Shown: positions 9,025 to 17,835 of the stretch, piece by piece
Layout of the letters: each line of letters starts with the position of its first letter
How positions within the stretch are numbered: the stretch's first letter is position 1
From: an uncultured Anaerolineae bacterium
Lineage (GTDB): Bacteria > Chloroflexota > Anaerolineae > JAFGEY01
Direction of reading: 5' to 3'
Assembly: GCA_964481205.1 (NCBI GenBank)
Contig: CAYZYE010000011.1
Span: 12,788 to 42,204 of the forward strand
Length of the DNA: 29,417 nt
Notes under the pieces: generated by a model
The model's database searches: none
The model's input: only the letters and a program-made list of their open reading frames with translations
What the model was told of the DNA's origin: nothing
Program-made: the position numbers and the translations under genes

Positions 9025-9131
9025 GTGATCTGTTGACGGACTTGCACTAACTCGTAGCCTCTTTGCCTGCTCTGTGAATCTCGGTGTAAGAAGCAAATGT
9101 GTCCGATAGTGAAACGGACTGGAAAAGCTCT

Positions 9132-9159
9132 ATTATACCGCTTTTTGAAATGGATACAA
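9132..9159 (-). promoter_or_regulatory. Candidate sigma70 promoter TTGTAT-N16-TATAAT for the maturase gene
   Basis: Read from the minus strand between the aroKB stop and the maturase start. The hexamers are close to consensus. Confidence 0.35.
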
Positions 9160-9163
9160 GCGT

Positions 9164-10744
9164 TCACTCTGATGTTTGCATCTCGCTCAAAACCTGCCGC
9201 ACCACCGCGCGCGGCGCTCCATCGACGATCTCGACCTCGCCGATCCTTTTGGGCAGAATCCAGCGCAGCGTTTTGCCCCGCTTTTTCTTGTCGCGCTGCA
9301 TGGCCTGCCAAATTGCGTCCGCAGCAAAGGGGATACGCGCAGCGGGCAAATGATGTCGCTCCAAAACGGCGGCGATCTGCTCCGGCAGCGATCGATCGGC
9401 GATGCCCATTGCCGCCGCGATTTTGGCCGCTGCGACCAGGCCAGTGCTCACCGCCTCGCCGTGACGGATCGTAAAGTTGCTCAATTGTTCGATGGCGTGC
9501 GCCGTGGTGTGCCCCAGGTTGAGAACCACTCGCCGCCCGCGCTCAAACGGGTCTTGCTCGACCACGTCGATCTTGACTTGCAGCGAACGGGCGATCCAGC
9601 GCGACCACACGTTCTGGTCATCGCTCCTGCCTGGGGTGTGACGCGCCAATTCCTCAAACAATTCGCCGTCGGCCAGCACGCCGTGTTTGATCAGCTCCGC
9701 CATCCCCGAAGCGATCTCGGATTGCGGCAGCGTTTGCAGCACGCCGGGATCGATGACCACCAGACTGGGTTGCTTGAACGCCCCAACCAGGTTTTTGCCC
9801 TGCGGCAGATCGACGGCCGTCTTGCCGCCCACGCCGGCATCGACCATCGCCAGCAGCGATGTGGGCGTCTGGACGACGGGCAGACCGCGCATAAACGTCG
9901 CCGCGGCAAACCCGGCCACATCACAAGTCACGCCGCCGCCCAGCGCCAATACCGCGCCGCGTCGATCCAACCCACCGGCGATAAATTGATCGTATAATGA
10001 CGCCAATGTGTCCAGTGTTTTGTATTGTTCACCATCGGGCATGGTACAGAGAAAAGGGGATAGCCCTGCCGGGCGCAGTGCATCGAGCACGCGGTTTTGG
10101 TACAATGCGCCCACGGTCGGATTCGTGACCACGGCGATGACGCCGGTCTCGCTGATCGGCCCGGCCAGGGCGCCGAGCTTTTCCAACAGGCCCATACCGA
10201 TGTGGATGGCATAGCGTCCACCCGGATGGCGCACCGGAAGCAGGATCGAAAAGGCCTGCTCGATGATCCGCGTCGCCACCTCGCCGACGGTCAGGCGCGT
10301 GGTGTCGATCTGGCGGGGGATGGCGGCATAAGCGTCCTGGCGCCTGGCCAACAGCCGTTCGATCTCGGCGCGGCGATCGGCCACGTCGAGCAGCGGGCGG
10401 TCTTGGGCCAGCGCCAGGCGTTGCAAAATGACATCCACACCGGCGGTGAGGCAAAAGACGGGACCGGAGGTCATCATCCGCCGGCGGTTGGTTTCGTCGA
10501 TCAGCGCGCCGCCGCCGGTGGCGATCACCAGACCGTCGCGACGGCTCAATTCGCGGCAGATTTCCCCCTCGAGTCGTCGAAAGGCCACTTCGCCATCTCC
10601 GGCAAAGATGCGCGAGATTGTTTTGCCGGCCCGTTTTTCGATCTCGTCGTCGATATCGACAAAAGGCCGCTCCAGTCGCCGCGCCACCTCGCGTCCGGCG
10701 CGGCTTTTGCCGGCGCCCATAAAGCCGGTCAGAATAATGTTCAT
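9164..10744 (-). CDS. aroKB: Bifunctional shikimate kinase / 3-dehydroquinate synthase (AroK-AroB fusion)
   Basis: N-terminal P-loop ILTGFMGAGKS with shikimate-kinase lid residues. The C-terminal ~360 aa carry DHQS motifs (GGGVTCDVAGFAAATFMRG, GHTTAHAIE). The start overlaps the aroC stop (ATGA, 10741-10744). Confidence 0.9.
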   Translation of the reverse strand: MNIILTGFMGAGKSRAGREVARRLERPFVDIDDEIEKRAGKTISRIFAGDGEVAFRRLEGEICRELSRRDGLVIATGGGALIDETNRRRMMTSGPVFCLTAGVDVILQRLALAQDRPLLDVADRRAEIERLLARRQDAYAAIPRQIDTTRLTVGEVATRIIEQAFSILLPVRHPGGRYAIHIGMGLLEKLGALAGPISETGVIAVVTNPTVGALYQNRVLDALRPAGLSPFLCTMPDGEQYKTLDTLASLYDQFIAGGLDRRGAVLALGGGVTCDVAGFAAATFMRGLPVVQTPTSLLAMVDAGVGGKTAVDLPQGKNLVGAFKQPSLVVIDPGVLQTLPQSEIASGMAELIKHGVLADGELFEELARHTPGRSDDQNVWSRWIARSLQVKIDVVEQDPFERGRRVVLNLGHTTAHAIEQLSNFTIRHGEAVSTGLVAAAKIAAAMGIADRSLPEQIAAVLERHHLPAARIPFAADAIWQAMQRDKKKRGKTLRWILPKRIGEVEIVDGAPRAVVRQVLSEMQTSE

Positions 10745-11856
10745 CGTTTCATCTCGGCGATGCTGTCGCCCCCCAGTTTTTCGACCAGTGCATCGGCCAG
10801 CGCCCAGGCGACCATCGCCTCACCGACGATCGAGGCTGCGGGCACGGCGCAGACATCGGAACGCTGGTACTGCGTCATCGCCGGCCTGCCCGTCGCCAGA
10901 TCGACCGAATGGCGCGGGGTGATCGTGGTCGGGATCGGTTTCATCGCCGCGCGGAGGACGATCGGCTGACCGTTGCTCATACCTCCTTCGATACCGCCGG
11001 CGCGGTTTGATGTTCGACTCGCCCTTGGCCCAAACTCGTCGTGAACCTGCGTGCCGGATAATTTGGCGTTTTCAAATGCCGGGCCGATCTCGACGCCCTT
11101 GATCGCCGGGATGCTGATCAGCGCCATCGCCAGCCGCGCGTCGAGCCGCCGATCCCACTGCGCGTGGCTGCCCAGGCCGATGGGCGCGTCTTGAACGACG
11201 ACCACGATCACACCGCCCAGCGAGTCGCCGTCTTTTTTGGCCCGGTCGATGACGGCGCGCATTTGCGCCGCTGCAATCTCGTCGGGACAGCGCACATCGC
11301 TCTGTTCGGCCAGGCTGTGCAGGCCGGCGGGCGGCAAATCGGGGATGTTGGCCGTCACGCCGCCGATTTCCAACACATAACTCTGTACCGATATGTTAAA
11401 CTGCGCCAACAGCGCTTTGGCGACGGCGCCAACGGCCACTCGCGCCGCCGTCTCGCGCGCGCTGGCCCGCTCCAAGATCGGGCGCGCGTCGTCGAGGCCG
11501 TATTTGACCATCCCGGCGTAATCGGCGTGTCCGGGGCGGGGCACGGTGAGTCTGGGCAATTCGTCGCTGCCGGTGCCCGCCGCCCAGCGATCTTGCCAGT
11601 TGGCCCAGTCGCGGTTGTCGATGCGCAGCGTGAGCGGCGCGCCGATCGTTTTCCCATCGATCACGCCGCTGAGAACGTGTACCGTGTCCCGTTCGATTTT
11701 CATCCTGCCGCCGCGCCCGTAACCTCCTTGTCGCCGCGCCAGGTCGCGGTTGATCGCGCTTACATCGATCGCCAATCCGGCGGGCAGCCCCTCGACGATC
11801 GCCGTCAGGCACGGGCCGTGCGATTCGCCGGCGGTGAGAAAACAAAGTTTGGTCAT
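10741..11856 (-). CDS. aroC: Chorismate synthase
   Basis: Signature N-terminus FLTAGESHGPCLTAIVEGLPAG and GGRMKIERDT. The ATG at 11856 (MTKL) is preceded by GAGGAT. The track ORF extends to 11943 without an RBS. Confidence 0.9.
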   Translation of the reverse strand: MTKLCFLTAGESHGPCLTAIVEGLPAGLAIDVSAINRDLARRQGGYGRGGRMKIERDTVHVLSGVIDGKTIGAPLTLRIDNRDWANWQDRWAAGTGSDELPRLTVPRPGHADYAGMVKYGLDDARPILERASARETAARVAVGAVAKALLAQFNISVQSYVLEIGGVTANIPDLPPAGLHSLAEQSDVRCPDEIAAAQMRAVIDRAKKDGDSLGGVIVVVVQDAPIGLGSHAQWDRRLDARLAMALISIPAIKGVEIGPAFENAKLSGTQVHDEFGPRASRTSNRAGGIEGGMSNGQPIVLRAAMKPIPTTITPRHSVDLATGRPAMTQYQRSDVCAVPAASIVGEAMVAWALADALVEKLGGDSIAEMKR

Positions 11857-11879
11857 AAAATATCCTCTACATATCAGGT

Positions 11880-12752
11880 TTACGATAAAACGCGCTCGCA
11901 CGCTTTTCTCATTACCTCTTGGGGGGGGCGCCGTCCGGTCCACAGCTCAAATGACAGTGCGCCCTGGGCAACGAGCATCCCCAGCCCGGCGATGCCGAGT
12001 GCGCCGGCCTGGCGCGCCTGGTGGAGCAGTCTGGTTTCCAGCGGGCGATAGACCAGGTCATAGACAACGAGATGCGCAGGAATGGGTTGCTGATCCGGCC
12101 AGATTGAAGCGTCGATCCGGGGCCACATGCCCAGCACAGTCGCGTTGACCAGCAGGTCGGCCTGGCGGGATTGCTCGATCAACGCTTCGGGCGTCAGCGC
12201 GCCGGCGCCCAAGTCCGTTTGTCGGGCGTGTGTGCTCAAATCGGCCACGAGAGCGTCGGCGCGGGCAGGGGTGCGATTGAGCACGGTCACACTCGACGCC
12301 CCGGCCGCGCACAGGCTGTAAACCGCGCCGCGCGCGACGCCCCCGGCGCCGACGATCAGCACTTTTTTGCCCTGCGGTTCAAAGCCACGTTGGCGCAGCG
12401 GCAGGATGAACCCCGGCACGTCGGTGTTGTCGCCGCTGATGGTGCAGGCCTCTTTTTCACGCTTGAAAATCAAGGTGTTGACCGCGCCGAGATGCCGCAC
12501 GTGCTCTGCAAGATCATCCAGAAAGGGGATCACGGCCTCTTTGTGCGGTACGGTGACATTGCAGCCGTAAAAGCCAAGCGCCTCGAGTCCCTCAATCGCT
12601 GCCTTGACCCGGCCCGGCGGCACCGGACAGGCGACGTAACGCCAGTTGAGGCCCAGCGCGTCAAAGGCGGCGTTGTGCATTTGCGGCGAGAGGCTGTGCG
12701 CAATCGGCCAACCGATCACACCGACAAGTTTGGTTTGGGAGTCGATGAGCAT
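11880..12752 (-). CDS. aroE: Shikimate dehydrogenase
   Basis: N-terminus VIGWPIAHSLSPQMHNAAF and the Rossmann motif GAGGVARG. AAAGGA RBS upstream. Confidence 0.9.
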   Translation of the reverse strand: MLIDSQTKLVGVIGWPIAHSLSPQMHNAAFDALGLNWRYVACPVPPGRVKAAIEGLEALGFYGCNVTVPHKEAVIPFLDDLAEHVRHLGAVNTLIFKREKEACTISGDNTDVPGFILPLRQRGFEPQGKKVLIVGAGGVARGAVYSLCAAGASSVTVLNRTPARADALVADLSTHARQTDLGAGALTPEALIEQSRQADLLVNATVLGMWPRIDASIWPDQQPIPAHLVVYDLVYRPLETRLLHQARQAGALGIAGLGMLVAQGALSFELWTGRRPPQEVMRKACERVLS

Positions 12753-12862
12753 AAAATATCCTTTGCCCGCTTGATCTGCTCGTCGCCAAAGTCGATGCCC
12801 TGCATCAAAATCGCCATTTGCGCATCTATGGATTTCATTGATATTCGCTCCTAATTCTTGAT

Positions 12863-14209
12863 CTATCCTACAGACATTACATTGCGTATCACGTATTCAA
12901 ATCCCGGAAAGGAATCGTCGATACAATCTGTATTTTGCACGACAGTCTCTCCGGCGGCGATCAGCCCGGCGACGGCCAACGCCATGGCCAGGCGGTGGTC
13001 GCCGTGGCTGTCGACGACCGCGCCTTGCAGCGGCGTTGGCCCGTGGACGACAAAGCCATCTGCTTGCGGTTCAATGTCCGCGCCCAGTTTGCGCAGCTCG
13101 TCAACCACCGTGGCGATGCGATCTGTCTCTTTGACGCGCAGCTCGCGCGCGTCGCGGACGATCGTCCGTCCTTGGGCCTGCGTGGCGGCGACGGCCAGAA
13201 TCGGGAATTCGTCGATCATGCGCACAACCATAGCGCCGCGTACAATCATAGCGGCGCCGATTTCCGCGCCTTTGAGCGGCGAGGTGCGAACGGTCACGTC
13301 GGCCACCGGCTCATTGCCCTGTTCTCGTTTGTTCGACAAGGTGATCCCGGCGCCCATCGCGCGCAAAACGTCGAGCAAGCCGGTACGGGTGGGGTTGACC
13401 CCGACGTCCGTGATCGTCACGTTCGAGTTGGGCGCCAGCAGCCCGGCAACCAACAGAAACGCCGCCGAGGAAAAGTCGCCAGGGATGTCGAGGTCGAGTG
13501 GTTCGAGATGATCGATCAGGGACGGGGTGAGGGTGATGGTCAGACCATCGACCGTGAGCGCATGTTCGGGTGGGCGTCGGGTGGGCGACGACCTGGGATT
13601 GGCGATTTGCGACTGGAGCATCCTTTCCGTGTGGTCGCGCGCCGGGCCGCATTGGCGCACCGTCGTTGGGCCATCGGCATAGAGGCCGGCCAGCAGCAGC
13701 GCCGATTTGACCTGCGCGCTGGCGACGTCGAGCGTGTGAACGCCGCCGTGCAGCGGCGCGCTATGGATGGTCAGCGGCGCGTACCCTTGTTGGTCATCGA
13801 TCTGCGCACCCATCTGTCGCAGCGGCCCGGTGATGCGGCGCATTGGGCGGCCGAGGAGCTGCGGATCGCCGGTCAGCGTGCAGCCGAACGGCTGGCCGGC
13901 CAAAATGCCCGCCAACAGACGCATTGTCGTCCCGGAGCGCGCGCAATTCAGCGGTTTTTCCGGCTTTTGCAATCCTGACCCGCAAATGGTCAGTGTAGTT
14001 TCGTCGCGCCGCTCGATCTCGACGCCCAGCGCGCGCAGGACGTTCAATGTGGCCAGGCAGTCGCCGGAGGGCAAGAAATTGCGGATGTGGCTTTTTCCTT
14101 CGGCCAGCGCGCCGAGCATCAACGCGCGGTGCGAGATCGACTTGTCGCCGGGGACGGCAATGACGCCGCGCAGCCGACTTGTTTGATGAATTTTTAACGT
14201 GTTCATCAA
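12863..14209 (-). CDS. aroA: 3-phosphoshikimate 1-carboxyvinyltransferase (EPSP synthase)
   Basis: 448-aa ORF with the family N-terminus (VPGDKSISHRALMLGALAEG) and conserved internal motifs. AAGGAAC RBS. Confidence 0.9.
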   Translation of the reverse strand: MMNTLKIHQTSRLRGVIAVPGDKSISHRALMLGALAEGKSHIRNFLPSGDCLATLNVLRALGVEIERRDETTLTICGSGLQKPEKPLNCARSGTTMRLLAGILAGQPFGCTLTGDPQLLGRPMRRITGPLRQMGAQIDDQQGYAPLTIHSAPLHGGVHTLDVASAQVKSALLLAGLYADGPTTVRQCGPARDHTERMLQSQIANPRSSPTRRPPEHALTVDGLTITLTPSLIDHLEPLDLDIPGDFSSAAFLLVAGLLAPNSNVTITDVGVNPTRTGLLDVLRAMGAGITLSNKREQGNEPVADVTVRTSPLKGAEIGAAMIVRGAMVVRMIDEFPILAVAATQAQGRTIVRDARELRVKETDRIATVVDELRKLGADIEPQADGFVVHGPTPLQGAVVDSHGDHRLAMALAVAGLIAAGETVVQNTDCIDDSFPGFEYVIRNVMSVG

Positions 14210-14243
14210 TTGGGTTCCTTATTTTGTGATCATTGCTGGTTTT

Positions 14244-14272
14244 CTCGTTCCTACGCTCTGCATAGGAACGAG
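14244..14272 (-). other. Perfect 10-bp stem / 9-nt loop hairpin (CTCGTTCCTA...TAGGAACGAG) in the tyrA-aroA intercistronic gap; not followed by a U-tract
   Basis: Inverted repeat read directly. It lies inside the operon, so an RNA processing, stability or translational role is inferred. Confidence 0.4.
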
Positions 14273-14296
14273 CAGTATTCATGGAACAGCCCTGGT

Positions 14297-15238
14297 TCAT
14301 GGAAACATTTCTCGCCGCGTCTCGCGGATTTTGGTCAGCACGCGGTCCAGTTTTTCCTCATCGCTTTCGGCGACGAGTTGGGCCAACTGCTGCAAATGCG
14401 CCGCGCACTCGGTCATCGCGTTGACGATTTCGCCCCGGTTGGTGAGCAAGATGTCGAGCATCATGGTCACATCGCTGCCGGCCACGCGCGAGGTGTCGCG
14501 GAATCCGCCGGCGACGATTTTCCAGATCAACGGATCGTTGGAGACTGTGGCGTCGCAGGTTTTGACCAGCGCGCAGGCGAGCATGTAGGGCAGATGGCTG
14601 ACGGCAGCGGTCAAATAGTCCTGTCGCGCCGCTTCGATGACCAATGGACTGGCCCCAACAGCGCGGGCGAGTTGCTGCCCCAACGCCAATGCTTTTTCTG
14701 ACGTGCGCGCCAGGGGCGAGAGGATAAAGGTCCGCCCCTGATACAGCGCCGGCTCGGCGACCTCGATGCCCGACTTTTCTTTGCCGCACATTGGGTGCGC
14801 GCCGAGTACCTGGATATTGGGCGGCAGGTTTGCCATCACCTCGACGATGTTGGCTTTGGTGCTGCCCAAATCCATCAACAGGCAGCCGTCGGGGAGCAGG
14901 GCGGCGATCACGGGCAGCTGGTTGATGATCGCCCGCACCGGTATGGCCAGGACGACCACGTCGGCCTCGCGCACGCCCTCTTTCAGGCTGGATGTGCCCC
15001 GGTCGATCAGAGCGAGTTCGAGTGCCTTTTGCACCGCTTCTTTTCTTCGAGCAATGCCGAGCACCGTTTTGCATTTTCCGCGCAGCGCCCCGGCCAGCGA
15101 TCCGCCCATCAGCCCCAGGCCAATGATGGCGACGGTGGCCTGGGGCAATGACTCAACGCGAATTTGCTTGCCGGTCGCGTTTTGCGCGTGACGCGATGGC
15201 CCCGTCACGCCGGGGGCGAGACCCAGGTTTTGACTCAT
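14297..15238 (-). CDS. tyrA: Prephenate (or arogenate) dehydrogenase
   Basis: Rossmann [15 protein letters not shown] and a conserved catalytic His region (GAHPMCGKE). The ATG at 15238 overlaps the DAHPS stop (ATGA). The track start at 15421 lies in a low-complexity, Arg-rich, non-native-looking extension. Confidence 0.85.
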   Translation of the reverse strand: MSQNLGLAPGVTGPSRHAQNATGKQIRVESLPQATVAIIGLGLMGGSLAGALRGKCKTVLGIARRKEAVQKALELALIDRGTSSLKEGVREADVVVLAIPVRAIINQLPVIAALLPDGCLLMDLGSTKANIVEVMANLPPNIQVLGAHPMCGKEKSGIEVAEPALYQGRTFILSPLARTSEKALALGQQLARAVGASPLVIEAARQDYLTAAVSHLPYMLACALVKTCDATVSNDPLIWKIVAGGFRDTSRVAGSDVTMMLDILLTNRGEIVNAMTECAAHLQQLAQLVAESDEEKLDRVLTKIRETRREMFP

Positions 15239-16248
15239 ATCGTTCTCCCCACCGCCCCGGCGACGGCGCGCAGTTCGTCCATCAGCATGGCAAAGCGCTC
15301 TGGCTTGAGCGACTGCCCGCCGTCGGATAACGCTTCTTCTGGCCGGGGATGGACTTCGATGATCAGGCCGTCGGCGCCGGCGGCGACGGCCGCGCGGGCG
15401 ACCGGCGCAACGAGGTTCCATTTGCCGGTGCCGTGGCTGGGATCGACCAGGATGGGCAGGTGGGTCAGTTGCTTGAGCAGCGGTACGGCATTGATGTCGA
15501 GTGTGTTGCGGGTGTACGGCTCAAAGGTGCGAATGCCGCGCTCGCAGAGCATGACCCGGTCGTTGCCGTGCGAGAGAATATATTCGGCCGACATTAGCAG
15601 TTCTTCGATTGTGGACATCATGCCGCGTTTGAGGATCACCGGCTTTTGCGCCGCGCCGACGGCGTGCAGCAAGGCGTAATTTTGCATGTTGCGCGCGCCG
15701 ATCTGTAAAATGTCGGCATAGGTCGAGACGAGCGGCACTTTTTCCGGCGAGATGACTTCGGTGACGACGAGCAGCCCGGTTTCTTTGCGCGCCTCGGCGA
15801 GCAGTTTGAGGCCGTCCAGCCCCAGCCCTTGGAAACTGTAGGGTGATGTGCGCGGTTTGAACGCGCCGCCTCGCAGCACCGTCGCGCCGGCAGCCTGAAC
15901 CGCGCGTGCGGTCTCGATCAACTGTTCTCTGCTCTCGACGGCGCACGGCCCCGCGATGACGACGATCTGCTTGTCGCCGGCGTGGATGCCGTTTAGCCGG
16001 ACGAGGGTGTTCTGGGGCCTAAAGTCCCGGCTGGCCAGTTTGTAGGGGCTGAGGATCGGCACGATTTTGTCGACGCCGTCCATCCGTTCAAACTGCGCTT
16101 TGTCCAGCGGGCGGCCGTCGCCGACGACGCCAATGATCGTCCGTTCCTGGCCGTTCGAGAGGTAGACCTGACGCCCAGAACTTTCGACGCGGGCGACGAC
16201 GTTGGAAATTGCGCGCGCTGAAGCGCGTTTGTGCATGACGATAATCAT
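15235..16248 (-). CDS. aroF: 3-deoxy-7-phosphoheptulonate (DAHP) synthase, type I-beta, with N-terminal regulatory (ferredoxin-like/ACT-like) domain
   Basis: The core ([36 protein letters not shown]) is typical of Thermotoga/Bacillus-type DAHPS. A ~70-aa N-terminal extension is present. Confidence 0.9.
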   Translation of the reverse strand: MIIVMHKRASARAISNVVARVESSGRQVYLSNGQERTIIGVVGDGRPLDKAQFERMDGVDKIVPILSPYKLASRDFRPQNTLVRLNGIHAGDKQIVVIAGPCAVESREQLIETARAVQAAGATVLRGGAFKPRTSPYSFQGLGLDGLKLLAEARKETGLLVVTEVISPEKVPLVSTYADILQIGARNMQNYALLHAVGAAQKPVILKRGMMSTIEELLMSAEYILSHGNDRVMLCERGIRTFEPYTRNTLDINAVPLLKQLTHLPILVDPSHGTGKWNLVAPVARAAVAAGADGLIIEVHPRPEEALSDGGQSLKPERFAMLMDELRAVAGAVGRTI

Positions 16249-16320
16249 AATTCTGTCAATCCTAGCCTGGATAAACCAGCACGGTTGCCCAACGCCAAGG
16301 TGTCGAGCGGCGGCTTGGGG

Positions 16321-17157
16321 TCATGGTTCGTCATCATGCGGCGTCATTGCCGCCGGGTAAGAGCCGAGCAATTTGACAAAGGAGGATCGACGCAGCAGTC
16401 CCATGATCGCCGCTTCGCATTCGGGGTCTTGCCAATGCCCGTCAAAGTCGAGGTAAAACATGTATTGCCAGGGGCGGTTGCGACGCGGGCGGGATTCGAT
16501 TTTGGTCAGGTTGATGTGCCGCTGTGCAAACTCGCCCAGGCTATCGTACAACGCGCCCGGTTGGTGCCGCGTGGTAAAGACGAGGGACGTTTTGCTGCGC
16601 TGTGAGCGGGGCGGATCGTCCAGCCCAAGCACGAAAAAGCGCGTATAGTTGTATTGAATATCTTGAATATCCTTTTCGAGGATGTCCAATCCGTACAACT
16701 CGGCGGCGAGGGCGCTGGCGATGGCCCCGGTTTCCGCTTCTTGAGTCTGGGCCAGATCGCGTGCGCCGCCGGCGGTGTCGAACACCGGTACGGGGGTCAG
16801 ATCGCGCCGCGCCAGGTGCCGCTCGCACTGGGCCAGGGCTTGCGGGTGCGATTTGACCTGCCGGAGTTCTTGCAGCTTGACGCCTGCCGGCGCGACCAGC
16901 ATGTGCCGCACGCGAAAGATGATTTCGGCGCGCACGCGCAGGTCGTGTTCCATCAACAGTTCGTAAGAATGGACTACCGAGCCGGCGGTCGAGTTTTCGA
17001 TGGGCAGCATTGCGTAATCGGCGTCTCCTTGTTCGACGGCGATGAACAAGTCCTTAAAGGCGTAACAGGGATGGGGGTCTGCGTCGCGGCCAAAGAACTG
17101 GCGGACGGCTTCTTCTGAATAGGCGCCGGCCACACCTTGAAAAGCAACGCGGGTCAT
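16321..17157 (-). CDS. pheA: Prephenate dehydratase (catalytic + ACT domains, no fused chorismate mutase)
   Basis: [17 protein letters not shown] and ESRP motifs, and a C-terminal ACT domain. The ATG at 17157 has a perfect AGGAGG RBS and overlaps the aroH stop (ATGA). The track ORF (to 17559) is an Arg-rich over-extension. Confidence 0.9.
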   Translation of the reverse strand: MTRVAFQGVAGAYSEEAVRQFFGRDADPHPCYAFKDLFIAVEQGDADYAMLPIENSTAGSVVHSYELLMEHDLRVRAEIIFRVRHMLVAPAGVKLQELRQVKSHPQALAQCERHLARRDLTPVPVFDTAGGARDLAQTQEAETGAIASALAAELYGLDILEKDIQDIQYNYTRFFVLGLDDPPRSQRSKTSLVFTTRHQPGALYDSLGEFAQRHINLTKIESRPRRNRPWQYMFYLDFDGHWQDPECEAAIMGLLRRSSFVKLLGSYPAAMTPHDDEP

Positions 17158-17531
17158 TTTTCCTCCTGGGATACGAGATCGGGGCGCAAAGTGCGCGCGC
17201 GGTTGAGATAGATGTGGCGAATCCGCTCTTGCGGGCAGTCGGTGTTCCAGTGGATGAGCACGCGAATGCACATTGGTAAACTGCCGGGAACGGCCATCTC
17301 TGGCATACACAACAGAGGTACCTGACGCCAGCCCAGCTCGCGCGCGGCGCGGGCCGGGGCAACGGCGTCCAGGTCGGGGGTGACGGTAAAGATGACGCTG
17401 GCCACATCGACCGGCGACAGGGAATTGACGGCGCTGATCCGCTCCAATAACGCTCGCGTCGCCGCGAGAATCGCTTGCGTCTGATTGACGTCGACCGTTG
17501 TTGCGCCTCGAATGCCACGACAAACCATCAT
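17154..17531 (-). CDS. aroH: Monofunctional chorismate mutase, AroH class
   Basis: 125 aa; [13 protein letters not shown]...TPDL...[11 protein letters not shown]...IRHIYL is similar to Bacillus subtilis AroH. GAGGAGG RBS. Confidence 0.85.
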   Translation of the reverse strand: MMVCRGIRGATTVDVNQTQAILAATRALLERISAVNSLSPVDVASVIFTVTPDLDAVAPARAARELGWRQVPLLCMPEMAVPGSLPMCIRVLIHWNTDCPQERIRHIYLNRARTLRPDLVSQEEK

Positions 17532-17625
17532 TTTTCCTCCTCGATTGTACTGTGTTCACAGAGTGGTTGGGCTTGCAGTTTTTAAAATGTCCCCAACCTT
17601 TTTTTTCTGGAATTGCCTTACCACG

Positions 17626-17666
17626 CCCAAAACAAAAAAGGACGTGGAGCGGGCTGCTCCACGTCC
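17626..17666 (-). terminator. Strong rho-independent terminator (11-bp stem GGACGUGGAGC/GCUCCACGUCC, 5-nt loop, followed on the minus strand by UUUUUUGUUUU)
   Basis: Read directly. It lies 28 nt downstream of the putative leader-peptide stop and ~95 nt upstream of aroH. Confidence 0.8.
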
Positions 17667-17694
17667 AGAGTTGCTTTTTACCCTCGTTTACCGG

Positions 17695-17799
17695 CTAAAC
17701 CAGCGACCTCCCAACGCACAACAACCGCCCCTGTGGTGCGGAATAATACGTAAAGTAAAATTGATTGTTGTGCCCGGTACGCTGTGTATTTTCAATCAT
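17695..17799 (-). CDS. Putative 34-aa aromatic leader peptide MIENTQRTGHNNQFYFTYYSAPQGRLLCVGRSLV (leaderless AUG 7 nt after the -10)
   Basis: Hand-translated from the minus strand. Not in the ORF track (<60 aa). Contains tandem Phe/Tyr codons UUU UAC UUU ACG UAU UAU. It lies between a near-consensus promoter and the terminator, upstream of the Phe/Tyr biosynthesis operon. Confidence 0.45.
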   Translation of the reverse strand: MIENTQRTGHNNQFYFTYYSAPQGRLLCVGRSLV

Positions 17800-17806
17800 G
17801 GGAGCA

Positions 17807-17835
17807 ATGATACCCTGTTTGAGCTATTTTGTCAA
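17807..17835 (-). promoter_or_regulatory. Near-consensus sigma70 promoter TTGACA-N17-TATCAT
   Basis: Hexamers at minus-strand 17835-17830 and 17812-17807. The spacer is exactly 17 nt. Confidence 0.5.
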
